From: Eimeria praecox
Taxonomy: Eukaryota
Length of the DNA stretch: 64,000 nt
Assembly (NCBI GenBank): GCA_963920595.1
Contig: OY986949.1
Coordinates: 1,178,001 to 1,242,000, forward strand
Reading direction: 5' to 3'
Both the position numbers and the translations under genes were made by a program. The notes below the pieces were generated by a model, which saw only the letters and a list, made by a program, of their open reading frames with translations, was not told the DNA's origin and made no database searches. Numbering within the stretch: position 1 is the first letter of the stretch; each line of letters starts with the position of its first letter. Shown here one piece after another: positions 46,417 through 63,908 of this stretch.

Positions 46417-46845
46417 AGGCAACGTAGGGACAGAGTTTAAGAGTACGACAGGAAGCCAAAGAAGCAGCGCCCACAGCGATGAAAGTGAGGAAGGACTGCA
46501 GCAGCAGAAAGAGCAGCAACAGCAACAGCAGCAGCTGCAGCTGCAGCTGCAGCAGCAGCAGCAGCAGCAGCAGCCGCTGAAAGCCCTAGCAGCAGATGAT
46601 GCGATTCCTGCTGCTGCTGTTAATGCTCTTGTCTTAACAACTGCTGCAGTGGCTCCGGGGGCCCCCCGAAACAGCAGCAGTTTGAGCTGTGGGGCCCCAC
46701 CCCACAAAGCAGCAGCTGCTGCAGCAGCACCCCACAGCGGCGGAAGCAGCAGCAGCTGCAGCAGTAATCACGCATGGAGGGGAGGGCTGCAGCAGCAGCG
46801 ACTAGGCTCTAGACAGCTTCCGCAGCAGCTGCAGCAGCACGAACC

Positions 46846-46877
<32 letters not shown>

Positions 46878-46939
46878 CTGCGTTTACTTTTTCCGCAATT
46901 GATTTCCCGTGTCTGAAACCCAAACCCCACTTGAGTCTG

Positions 46940-47003
<64 letters not shown>

Positions 47004-47239
47004 TGCTGCTGCAGGACGAGCAGCAATTTAAACAAGGAGGAGACAACAATTCTTATCACACAACTCCTCTCTCCTTTGGGGCGCTGCTGCAGGGGAGGTG
47101 GGCAGAGGACCAGAGCCCTTTGCTGCTAGGAGCAGCAGCAGCAGCAGCAGCAGCAGAGCAGCAGCAGCACCAGCAGCACCAGCACCAGCTGCAGCATCGA
47201 CACGAGATGCACAGGGAGCAAGCCCAACAGCAGCAGCAG

Positions 47240-47270
<31 letters not shown>

Positions 47271-47281
47271 CTCTGAAGTAG
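43019..47281 (+). CDS. 1420-aa single-exon poly-Q protein with two tandem C2H2-type zinc fingers (candidate transcription factor or RNA-binding protein)
   Basis: A 4.26-kb uninterrupted ORF. The motifs FYYCPSCLEAF...FAAHISQRGH and YYRCPRC...LLRHWHEGGAAH lie in a repeat-free island at about 45355-45600. Confidence 0.8.
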
Positions 47282-47319
47282 ACCCCCGCATGGGGCCAGC
47301 AGCCTATGGCGATGGAATT

Positions 47320-48111
47320 CAGCAGCAGCAGCAGAGGTTGCTGCTGCTGCAACAGCAACAGCAACTGCAGCAGCAATAGCAGCTGCAGCAGCAGCAGCAG
47401 CAACTGCAGCAGCAATAGCAGCTGCAGCAGCAGCAGCAGCAACTGCAGCAGCAATAGCAGCTGCAGCAGCAGCAGCAACTGCAGCAGCAATAGCAGCTGC
47501 AGCAACAGCAACAGCAACTGCAGCAGCAATAGCTGCTGCAGCAGCAGCAGCAGCAACGGCAGCAGCAATAGCAGCTGCAGCAGCAGCAGCAGCAGCTGCT
47601 GCTGCGGAAATGCAACAGCCCGAGTATATTTGCTTGGGGTTGAAGATATGAAAGCCGCAGAAGCAGTAGCTGCAGCAGCACTGTTGCAGGAGAACACTGC
47701 AGATGCAGCAGCCTCAACATCTGCTGCTGCTGCAGCTACTGCAGCAGTAGTTGCAGCTGCAGCTGCTGCTGCTGCAGCAGCAGCAGCAGCAGCAGCTGCA
47801 GCAGCGTGTTGCCGACTCACACGCGCATGCACTATAATCTGGGGGGGGGGGTTAGAGGGGCCTGTACATACACTGGGGGCCCTCAGCAGGGTTATTGTCT
47901 TTTCTTATTCTTGTTTGCTTGGCAGCAGCAGCAGCAACAGCAGCTGCAGCAGCAGCACTGAATGCTGCTGCAGCAGCAGCAGCAGCCGCAGCAGCAGCAG
48001 CAGCAACGCCTTCTGGTAGCATCATCATCAGTGGAATCTGAAGCAGCAGCAGCAGCAGCAGCAGTAGTAGTGTCAGACTTCTAGGAGCAGCAGCAGTAGA
48101 AGCTGCAGCAA

Positions 48112-48152
<41 letters not shown>

Positions 48153-48664
48153 CCTTCTAGGGGAAGCAGCGGTAGAAGCTGCAGCAGCAGCAGTAGTAGC
48201 AGCAACACCTACTAGCAGCAGCGGCAGCAGTAGTATCAGCAGCGTGTTTTCTAGGGGCAGCAGCAGTAGAAGCTAGCAGCAGCAGCAGCAGCAGTTTCTA
48301 GCAGCAGCAGCAGCAGCAGCAGCAGCAATTTCTAGCAGCAGCAGCAGCAGCAGTTTCTAGCAGCAGCAGCAGCAGCAGTTTCTAGCAGCAGCAGCAGCAG
48401 GAGTAGCAGCGTTCGCTTCTAGTAGCAGCAGCAGCAGCAGCATTAGTAGCAGCAGAGGCATCTAGAAGCAGCAGCAGTAGAAGCTGCAGCAGCAGCAACA
48501 GCTACGCTTTCTATGAGCAGCAGCAGTGCAAGAAGCAGCAGCAGCAGCTGCTGCTGCTGCTGCTGCAGCAGCAGCAGCAGCAGCAGCAGCAGACGGCGAC
48601 TTCTATGAAGAAGCGCTGTCCTCTTTTGGCTGTCAACAACATTGCTATTGCTCGTGAGATATTC

Positions 48665-48698
<34 letters not shown>

Positions 48699-49592
48699 CT
48701 GCTGCAGCAGCAAGAACATCAACTACCAGCATCAATCAGCAGCAGCAGCGGCAGCAGCAGCAGCAGCAGCAGCAGACCCGTCCTACCGGTCTCTCTATAT
48801 AAATATGTTTTGTGTCTCTACAGCTCTTCAACGGCCTCAGCAGCAGCGAACGCTCTAGCAGCAGCTGCAGCAGCAGCTGCAGCAGCAGCTGCAGCAGCAG
48901 CTGCAGCAGCACGACTCAGCTGCAGCAAACGCTCTAGCAGCAGCAGCAGCAGCAGCAGCAGCTACAGCTGCAGCATGCTTCAGCTGCAGCAAACGCTCTA
49001 GCAGCAGCAGCAGCAGCAACGGCAGCAGCACGCCTCAGCTGCAGCAAACGCTCTAGCAGCTGCTGCTGCAACAGCAGCAGCAGCAGCAGCAGCATGCTTC
49101 AGCTGCAGCAAACGCTCTAGCAGCACCTGCAGAAGCAGCTGCAGCAGCAGCACGCTTGAGCCGCAGCAAACGCTCTAGCAGCACCTGCAGCAGCAGCAGC
49201 AGCAGTGCTGGAGAGTAGCACGGTTCAGGCGCAGCAGCAGCAGCAGCAGCTGCAGCAGCTGCTGCAGTATCAAACTTCGGGTGCAGCAGGAGCCGAAGCA
49301 GCAGCAGCTGCAGCAGGAGCATGCGTCAGCTGCAGCAGAAGCAGGAGCAGCAGCAGCTGCTGCAGTAGCACGCTTCAGCTGCAGCAGCAGCCGAGGCAGA
49401 TGCAGCAAACAGCACAGCACGTGAGGCAGCTGTATGCAGCTGTAGCAGCAGCAGCAGCCGGAGCAGCAACAGCTGCAGCAGAAGCAGCTGCAGCAGCATG
49501 AGCTGCTGCTGCTGCTGCAGCAGCAGAATCATTGGGGGGACCCTTTGGTGGTGGGGGCCGCGTTATGCGCGTGTGTACCCATTGAAGGCCCC

Positions 49593-49640
<48 letters not shown>

Positions 49641-49819
49641 CAGCAGCAGCGGCTGCAGCAGCAGCTGCTGCTATGGAACTGCTAGAGATGCTGCAGCAGA
49701 AGCAGCAGCAGCAGCATTAGTTGTTGCTACGGAACTGCTAGAGTTGCTGCAGCAGCAGCAGCATCAGCTGTTGCTGTGGAGCTGCTACAGCTGCTGCTGC
49801 TGCTGCAGCAGCAGCAGCA

Positions 49820-49851
<32 letters not shown>

Positions 49852-50560
49852 TGCTGCAGTTTAATAGTCGGTTGATTGGCTGAAGAGACTGTATGGGCCC
49901 CTTCAAGGGCTCTGGTGTATGATGTAGGATAACAAGTGCTGCTTCCGGTGTATAGGCAGCTAGCTGCAGCACCATAAGCAGCTAGCTGCAGCTAACATAC
50001 AGCTGCTGCTGCTGCTCTCATGACCCTGGGGGCCCCTATAGACCCCGGGGGGGCCCCTGTACCCAGGAGGCCCCTGTACCCTGTTGGGGGCCCCCTCAGG
50101 CGGGGGCCCCCAGGGGGCCCCCCAGCTCCATAGAAGAGGGAGAGGCAGGGGTTGGGGTGTCTGTGCAGGGCACTGGAATTAGTTAAAGTGCAGCAGCAGC
50201 AGCAGTAGCAACAGCAGCAGCAGTAGCAACAGCAGCAGCAGTAGCAACAGCAGCAGCAGTAGCAACAGCAGCAGTAGCAACAACAGCAGTAGCAGCAGCA
50301 GCAGTAGCAACAACAGCAGTAGCGGCAGCAGCAGTAGCAGCAGTAGCAACGGCAGCAGCAGTAGCGGCAGCAGCAGTAGCAACAGCAGCACTAGCAGCAG
50401 CAACAGCAGCATTAGCAGCAGCAGCATTAGCAGCAGCAGCAGTAGCAACAGCAGCAGCAGCAGCATTAGCAGCAGCAGCAGTAGCAACAGCAGCAGTAGC
50501 AGCAGCAGCAGTAGCAACAGCAGCAGTAGCAGCAGCAGCAGTAGCAGCAGCTTCTACAGA
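47320..50560. repeat. Composite CAG-derived satellites downstream of the zinc-finger gene: ~36-39-bp AACTGCAGCAGCAATAGC unit at 47360-47580, TTCTAGCAG unit at 48290-48390, GCAAACGCTCTAGCAG unit at 48850-49180, CAGTAGCAA unit at 50195-50550
   Basis: Recurrent interruption motifs within the CAG tracts, frequent stops and no recognisable domain. Confidence 0.7.
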
Positions 50561-50629
50561 AGAGACAGAAGCAGAATCGTATAGACGAAGACAGACGAAA
50601 GAACGAAGGGCCCTTTGTATAGATAGCAA

Positions 50630-50660
<31 letters not shown>

Positions 50661-51178
50661 AGCAGCAGCAACAGCAGCAGCAGTAGCAGCAAGATGGAGG
50701 GGACAGCAGCAGCTGCTCGCAGCAAGTTGTAGCCTTGCTACTTTGATTAGTATATGTAGATGATATATATATATATAAAATAATATAATATAATATAATA
50801 TAATATAATATAATATAATATAATATAATATAATATAATATAATTAGTATAAAATCAAATTATAAATATGCATAATAGATACGAATATAGATACAAATAT
50901 AAATTATAAATATAAATATACATGCTTCTCTAGATAAACTAGGAGATTAGTATATGTAGATGATATATATATATATATATATATATAAATTATATATGTT
51001 TAATTATATATCTGTATTATATAATATAGTTAGTAATTACTAACTGTATCATATAAATATAGTTAGTAATATTATACTATTGTCTGTACTAGTATATATT
51101 ATATGATAGATGCATGTATACTAAGATGTTGTTATATATATACGCTCATAGATAATATAGTTCTGTACTATTTTTATA

Positions 51179-51242
<64 letters not shown>

Positions 51243-51765
51243 CTATCTATCTGTCTATCTATCTATCTATATAGATAGATAGATATAGATATATAATATA
51301 TATAATATATATAATATATATAATATATATAATATATATAATATATATAATATATATAATATATATAATATATATAATATACATAATATATATTATCTAT
51401 AATATAATATATATAATATATATTTTATATTATATATATTATTGATTAGACGTATAGTCAACATATCATCTCTATAGACGAGAGTGTATATATATAAAAC
51501 AATATTGTTTAGAACAAATCTAGTTGTTGTTTTGTTCTTAACTCTAATCGATGCTGCTTCTGCTGCTGCTTCTGCTGCTGCTGCAGCTTCTGTTGCTGCT
51601 GCTGCAGCTTGTGCTGCTGCTGCTGCAGCTTGTGCTGCTGCTGCAGCTTCTTCTTCTGCTGCTGCTGCAGCGACTTTAGCTGCAGCAGCAACATGGTGTT
51701 GCTAGAGGGAGTTAGTATATTATAAGGTAGAGAGAGTAGAGACAGAGGAGACAGTGAGGAGACAG

Positions 51766-52134
51766 TTACGATGATGATGATGTAGATAAACACGCTAGAC
51801 GCCAGGCTCCGTAATATCCTTGTAGTATATTTGTTATCTAAGAATAAATAAAAACAAACAAAACCAGAACAATATAAAGAGATAGATAAAACAAAGATAA
51901 GAGGAAGAGACAGAGGAGACAGTAGAGGAGACAGTAGAGAAGGAGACAGTAGAGAAGGAGACAGTAGAGAAGGAGACGGTAGAAGGAAGGAGACAGAAGA
52001 AATAATACAAATACAAAAGAAAGATAAAAATATAAGAGAGAGAGAAGAGATATATGAGAGACAGAAGAAGAGACAGAAGAGATGAAGAGGAGACAGCAAG
52101 GGACAGACAGAGGGGGAGAGAGAGGAGAGAGACA

Positions 52135-52166
<32 letters not shown>

Positions 52167-52624
52167 AGAGAGAGAAGAGACAGTAAATAAAACAAATAAA
52201 CAACAACAAACAAAAGGAGACAGGAGACAGAAACTAAAATAAATATAAATATAATCAAAATAAATAAATTATTATTATTATTATAAACAAATAAACAAAC
52301 ATAAAAGAAGAGAAGAAGGAGACACAAATATAAATACAAAACAAACAAACAATACGAAACATATAAACCCTAAACCCTAAACCCTAAACCCTAAATTAAA
52401 CAGAGAAAGAGAGACAGAGACAGACAGAGACAGAGACAGCGACAGAGAGACTAACAAAGACGAGCCAGAAAAATAATAAAAACAAAATAAATAAAAATAA
52501 AATAAATAAAATAAATAAAATAAATAAAAACAGAATAAATACAAATAAAGATTAGAGGGACTCTCACTGTCTTAAAGCCTGCGAGAGGAAGACAGGCGTA
52601 CACACATCCTAATGCTGCAGCACA

Positions 52625-52658
<34 letters not shown>

Positions 52659-53051
52659 TTTATAAGAGAAGGAAACGCCCTAAACCCTAAACCCTAGTAA
52701 ACCCTAAACCCTACTAAACCCTAAACCCTAGTAAACCCTAAACCCTAGTAAACCCTAAACCCTAGTATACCCTAAACCTTAAACCCTACTAAACCCTAAA
52801 CCCTACTAAACCCTGAACCCTAAACCCTACTAAACCCTAAACCTTACTAAACCCTAAACCCTAAACCCTACTAAACCCTAAGCCCTACTAAACCCTAAAC
52901 CCTAAACCCTAACCTGTGTTGTAGACAGAAGAGGTTGGGGTTAAGCTCGCTAAGAGAAGAGTCAAGATGAAGAGGCCTTCGTATGATATAATACAAAGAA
53001 ACATTAGTGCTGCAGCAGCAGACACAAAAGGAGACAGGAGACACTTGAATG

Positions 53052-53093
<42 letters not shown>

Positions 53094-53233
53094 TGCTGTT
53101 GTTGCTGCTGTTGCTGCTGCTGCTGTTGCTGTTGTTGCTAGATAGGCTAGATACAGCTGTGCTGAGCTGCTAGCAGGGGAGGAAGAGACAGAGATAAAGA
53201 AAGAGACACAAAGAGACAAAGGGAGACAGATAG

Positions 53234-53310
<77 letters not shown>

Positions 53311-53762
53311 AAGGAGACAGATAAAGAGACAGAGAGACACATAAAGAGACAGTATAAAACTAGAATCAAGTCTACGAAAACCTAAGATCTAAACAAAATT
53401 AATATATATATATATATATATCTTACGCTTGCTTCTATAATAATATTGTAAGAGACGAGGAGCTGTCTCTACTTGTTTATGAGATCGAAGCCCTGCTGCT
53501 GCAGCAGCAAAGAAGTGTATGCTGTGTCCCCCCACATCTGCTAGCAGCAGCAAGAATATAGCTGTATAGGAAGACACACAAAGACACGATATATTATTAT
53601 ATTTATTTATATTTTATTTTATTTAGATTCAATCTTGTCTTGTATTTATAATACAAACACTAGCAACATATTTATTATTTTCTTGTATTTATAAACACAC
53701 ACAAAGACACAAACATTTAATCTAGCTCTCTTTATATTATATTATTATTATATTATATTGTG

Positions 53763-53818
<56 letters not shown>

Positions 53819-53990
53819 TTACTTGCTGCATAAGTAGGATATCTGGCAGCATTTAACAAATAGAGCAAACAAGTAGACAGACGATCGGTGAACTGATCCA
53901 GACAAGAACCAAACACAGACTCTAAACACACACACACACAGATATGTTTATATATCTATATCTATATCTATATCTATATCTATATCTATA

Positions 53991-54072
<82 letters not shown>

Positions 54073-54557
54073 TTTCTATCTATATCTATATCTATATATC
54101 TATATATAGATATATAGATATTTATACATATATATCTATATCTATGTCTGTATCTCTCTCTCTCTCTCTCTAGGGTTCAGGGTTTCTAGGGTTTAGGGTT
54201 TGTAGGGTTTAGGGTTTGTAGGGTTTAGGGTTTATAGGGTTTATGAGTTTTAGGGTCTAGGGTTTCTACGGTTTATGTTTTGTAGGGTTTAGGGTTTGTA
54301 GGGCTTAGGGTTATTAGGGTTTAGGGTTTATAGGGTTTATAATTCTTAGGGTCTAGGGTTTGTAGGGCTTCTAGGGTTTAGGGTTTGTAGGGTTTAGGGT
54401 TTGTAGGGTTTAGGGTTTGTAGGGTTTAGGGTTTGTAGGGTTTAGGGTTTTAGGGTTTAGGGTTTGTCTGTATGCCTTGTTTAAGTTTTCTTGCTGCATG
54501 TCCGTCTGCTGCATCTAAAACTTGAGAGACGATATAACACACAAAAAAACAAATGAA

Positions 54558-54615
<58 letters not shown>

Positions 54616-54684
54616 CAGCTGCTGCAGACAGCAGCAGCAAATAGAAGTAGGAGTCTCACATAACCTACAAAACAAACATACAGA

Positions 54685-54765
<81 letters not shown>

Positions 54766-55282
54766 GACACATTTTAAATATATTTAAACCCGAGTAAATA
54801 ATAAACAACTAACTCCCCTATGTCTGACAATCCAACACTTCATAAACACCAGGGGGGCCCTGGGGGCCACCCTTCAGTACCCTGGGGCCCCTGGGGGCCC
54901 CACTTCAGTACCCTGGGGCCCCTGGGGGCCCCCCTTCAGTACCCTGGGGCCCCTGGGGGGCCCCCCCTCTACCAGTCCCTTTCGCAAGGGGACCCGTGAG
55001 CTGCTGCTGCTGCTGCTGGTGCTGCTGTTGCTGCTGTTGCTGCTGCAGGGTACAGCCAGGGTCCGTAAGACATAGGGGCCCCCAAGGAGACAGAGGGGGG
55101 CCCCCAAGGAGACAGAGGGGGGCCCCCAAGGGTACAGAATGGGGGCCCTAGGGCCTCATGATCTGAGAAGAGACAGAGATAAGTTGATGATGTATATACG
55201 CACCTATAATATTTGGGAGATAGAATAAAACCCTTGTGGCTCTAGCATTGGCTGTTGCTGTGTCTGCTGTCTGTCTCGTCAT
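51766..55282 (-). CDS. PIS1: Phosphatidylinositol synthase (CDP-diacylglycerol--inositol 3-phosphatidyltransferase), 7 exons: 55204-55282, 54476-54664, 53823-53921, 53427-53561, 52914-53009, 52568-52614, 51766-51837
   Basis: Contains [14 protein letters not shown], the CDP-alcohol phosphotransferase motif [44 protein letters not shown] and KTITNILQ. All phases are consistent. Intron 2 needs a GC donor. Confidence 0.93.
52675..52912. repeat. Telomere-like AAACCCT array with AAACCCTACT/AAACCCTAGT variants in PIS intron 5
   Basis: Read directly. The array supplies the donor G|GTTAGGG on the minus strand. Confidence 0.93.
54171..54465. repeat. Telomere-like TTTAGGG array with TTTGTAGGG variants in PIS intron 2
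   Basis: Read directly. It is in the opposite orientation to the intron 5 array. Confidence 0.93.
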
Positions 55283-55627
55283 TGCTGCAGCAGCAGCAGG
55301 TATAAATATATAAATAATTATAAAATAATAATTAAAAACAATATAATTAGCTGCAGATACACCGCAGCAGCAGGGGGGAAGGGGGGGGGGGGAGGATGAG
55401 CTGTCTAGACAGCTAGATTAGGTCTCGGGTGTATGTGGAGGGGGGGCCCCTAAATACGTAGTAGTAGCTGCTGCTGTTAATATTCGTTTAAATATATATT
55501 TATTATATCTATTTATACACAAATAATATATATAAAACAAAGAGGAGGGGCCCCATACAGCCGCAAGACCTACGGAGCCAGCCAGCAGCAGCAGCAGTAG
55601 CTGCTGCTGCTGCTGCTGCTGCTGCAA

Positions 55628-55678
<51 letters not shown>

Positions 55679-56221
55679 GCGCGGGTTTGTATGGCTCGAT
55701 CAAGTCTAGGGCTCTTCAGCAACAACAATATTAATAAATTAAGTTTATATTTTATTTTTATTTGTATTTATATAATATAAATAAATATAATCTCTCTTCT
55801 CTCCTACTTATCTTGGGGGCCCCCTGTATTCGAGTAGTGCCTCTGCGACCGCCGAATCTCGCTGCTGCTGCTGCTGCTGCTGCTGTTATTGTTGTTGTTG
55901 CTGCTGCTGCTGCAGCTGCTGCTGCTGCTGCTGCTGCTGCCTCATTTAATAACCTTCTTCTGCTGCTTCGGCCCCCCTCAGTCTCCCTTACAGCTGCTGC
56001 ATCGAGGGGCCCCCGGGGGCCCCCGCATCGCTGCTGCAGATCAATCTTTGCAGCAGCAGCAGCAGCAGATTACGAAGCAGCTGCAGCAACAGCAGCAGCA
56101 ACAGCAGCACTAACAGCAGCAGCAACAGCAGCAGCAACAGCTGCAGCAACAGACCAACAGCTAGCAACAGCAGCAGCACACTAACAAACGGCAGCTACGG
56201 CAGCAGACAACCTAGCAGCAA

Positions 56222-56253
<32 letters not shown>

Positions 56254-56309
56254 ACAAGAATAGCATCTACTGCAGCATCAGCAGCACAACAAAAACCCCT
56301 GCAGCTGCA

Positions 56310-56556
56310 GCAACATCATTATCAGCAGCAGCAGCAGCAGCATTAGCAGCAGCAGCATTATCAACAGCAGCAGCAGCAGCAGCATTATCAACAGCAGCAG
56401 CAGCAGCAGCATTATCAACAGCAGCAGCAGCAGCAGCATTATCAACAGCAGCAGCAGCAGCATTATCAACAGCAGCAGCAGCAGCAGCAGCATTATCAAC
56501 AGCAGCAGCAGCAGCAGCAGCATTATCAACAGCAGCAGCAGCAGCAGCAGCATTAT

Positions 56557-56588
<32 letters not shown>

Positions 56589-56740
56589 TTATCAACAGCA
56601 GCAGCAGCAGCAGCATCATCAACAGCAGCAGCAGCAGCAGCATTATCAACAGCAGCAGCAGCAGCAGCAGCATTATCAACAGCATCAGCAGCAGGAACAT
56701 CATCACTAGCAGCAGCATCAGCAGCATTATCAACAGCACC
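56310..56740. repeat. (CAG)k-CATTATCAA composite repeat upstream of the ING-like start codon
   Basis: About 12 copies of CAGCATTATCAACAG separated by variable CAG runs. In-frame TAG codons argue against coding on +. Confidence 0.8.
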
Positions 56741-56772
56741 AACACCAGCAGCACCAGCACCAGCAGCAGCAC

Positions 56773-56805
<33 letters not shown>

Positions 56806-56823
56806 AAGCACCAGCAGCAGCAG

Positions 56824-56866
<43 letters not shown>

Positions 56867-56868
56867 GG

Positions 56869-61974
<5,106 letters not shown>

Positions 61975-61977
61975 GCA

Positions 61978-62230
61978 GGGGCCCCTGGGGGCCCCCCCCA
62001 GGGACCTTGTGGGTTCGTGGGGCCCCCTAGGGGGCCCCTACGGGGCCCCTATGGGTCCATGGGGCCCCCTAGGGGGCCCCTATGGGTTCATGGGGTCCCC
62101 TGTGGGGCTATGTGGGGCCCCCTAGAGATGTTTGATCCCTCAACAGGGGTGAGGGGGGCCCCCAGGGGGGCCCCCCACACGCGATGTGTCGCATAAAGGG
62201 GGGGGGCCCTGGTCCCCTAGGGGCCCCCCG
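61978..62230. repeat. Cluster of palindromic GGGG(G)CCCC(C) motifs 3' of the ING-like gene; similar clusters at 44301-44432, 50028-50125, 54851-55150 and 63296-63600
   Basis: Read directly. Confidence 0.8.
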
Positions 62231-62320
62231 CTATAGGACTCATGGCTTCCTCTTGTATGTAGTTTGAGGGACGACGCAGCAGCAGCAGCAGCAGCTGCTG
62301 CTGTTGTTGTTGCTGTTGCT

Positions 62321-62366
<46 letters not shown>

Positions 62367-62650
62367 AAACGTCAGCAATAGTAGGAGGTGTATCTGTCTC
62401 CTTCAGCTTTTCTCTTCTTTGTATTCTGCTTTAATTGTTTATATTTAAGAGAGGGGCACACAGACCCTCACCATCGATAGACACAGGAGACAGGCTAGGC
62501 TAACTAGGGTTTAGGGTTTAGGGTTTAGGGTTTAGGGTTTAGGGTTTAGGGTTTAGGGTATCCAAGAAAGGCGGAGGAGAGACAGCCTCTGTATTTGTTT
62601 GTTTTTATAATTTATAATATAATTAGAGCGAGAGGACCCGACAGAAGAGG

Positions 62651-63050
62651 ATAAAAGGAGACAGTCAAATAATCTGTCTCCTCTAATAAAGGAGAGAGTC
62701 AAATAATCTGTCTCTCTTAATAAAGGAGACAGTCAAATAATCTGTCTCCCTTAATAAAGGAGACAGCCAAATAATCTGTCTCTCTTAATAAAGGAGACAG
62801 CCAAATAATCTGTATCTTCTAATAAAGGAGACAGCCAAATAATCTGTCTCTCCTAATAAAGGAGACAGCGAAATAATCTGTCTCTTCTAATAAAGGAGAC
62901 AGTCAAATAATCTGTCTCCTCTAATAAAGGAGACAGCCAAATAATCTGTCTCTCTTAATAAAGGAGACAGCCAAATAATCTGTCTCTTCTAATAAAGGAG
63001 ACAGCCAAATAATCTGTCTCTTCTAATAAAGGAGACAGTCAAATAATCTG
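62651..63050. repeat. 34-bp minisatellite, about 12 copies, each with an internal inverted repeat GAGACAG-N9-CTGTCTC and an AATAAA
   Basis: Unit TAATAAAGGAGACAGCCAAATAATCTGTCTCTCT; GGAGA starts at 62657, 62691, 62725 and onward. Confidence 0.93.
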
Positions 63051-63219
63051 ATGAGGCCCCCAGATTGAGAGGTTAAGCCCCCCTACCTCAGAGACAGAAG
63101 GAGACAGAGAGACAGAGAAAGAGACAGAAGAGAGACAGAGAGAGACAGAGAGAGACAGAGAGATAGAAGAGAGACAGAAGAGAGACAGAGATAGATAAGA
63201 GACAGATAAGAGACAGTCT

Positions 63220-63756
63220 CTACACCTGACAGAGTCTATCAATAGCATCATCTATAGGATACCGTTTAAACTGCAACTGTCTCCTTCCATATACAGGGGC
63301 CCCCCCACTCCCCCCTAAGGGGCCCCCGGCCCCTATGGGGGCCCCCCCCCCTATGGGGGCCCCCCTTATGTCTCTGTCCCCTGACCAGTCTGCTAAGGAG
63401 AGGCCTTGTACAACATCGAGGGCCCCCTCTCTAAGAGCAGCATTAATACCCGACTCCAGGGGCCCCCCCCCTCTATAGGGGTTGTCCCCCTCTCTATAGG
63501 TGGGCCCCCCCTCGGTTTGGGGGCCCCCGTCTCTCTGGGGTCCCCCTTCTATATGTGTGTGTGGGGGCCCCCCCCCTTTCTTATGTATGGGGGCCCCCCA
63601 AATAATATCGTGTTCTATGGTTTTAATATATCTCATAACTTTAATTGTTAATAATTTAAAAGCTTCTTCTAAATGCTCCCCTGAAACGGCGCTTGTCTCC
63701 ACATAGGAGACACCTAAACGAACGGCTAGAGACTCTGCTTCTCTCCTACAGACAGC
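63220..63756 (-). CDS. Last exon of a Rab/Ras-superfamily small GTPase (5' exons lie beyond the window)
   Basis: [36 protein letters not shown] matches the G5 box (ETSA) region of Rab GTPases. The acceptor ...ACACCTCAG is at 63757. A long G/P-rich tail ends in LCQV*. Confidence 0.8.
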   Translation of the reverse strand, partial: AVCRREAESLAVRLGVSYVETSAVSGEHLEEAFKLLTIKVMRYIKTIEHDIIWGAPIHKKGGGPPHTHIEGGPQRDGGPQTEGGPTYREGDNPYRGGGPLESGINAALREGALDVVQGLSLADWSGDRDIRGAPIGGGAPIGAGGPLGGSGGAPVYGRRQLQFKRYPIDDAIDRLCQV

Positions 63757-63812
63757 CTGAGGTGTACATACACCCCATACATATAATATAGATGGGGATA
63801 TACTATAGTACA

Positions 63813-63908
<96 letters not shown>

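Noticed and set aside
47306..50725. Additional protein genes among the many ORFs downstream of the zinc-finger gene
   Set aside because: All are CAG-frame artefacts (poly-Q/S/A/L/C) without unique-sequence exons that splice into a coherent product.
56278..56868. N-terminal (QHYQQQ)n extension of the ING-like protein
   Set aside because: In-frame TAG codons (e.g. near 56344 and 56707) interrupt it, and the ING homology begins at the ATG at 56869.
62651..63050. CRISPR-like array of palindromic ~34-bp repeats
   Set aside because: The units are head-to-tail with no unique spacers, the context is eukaryotic and there are no cas genes. It is a minisatellite.
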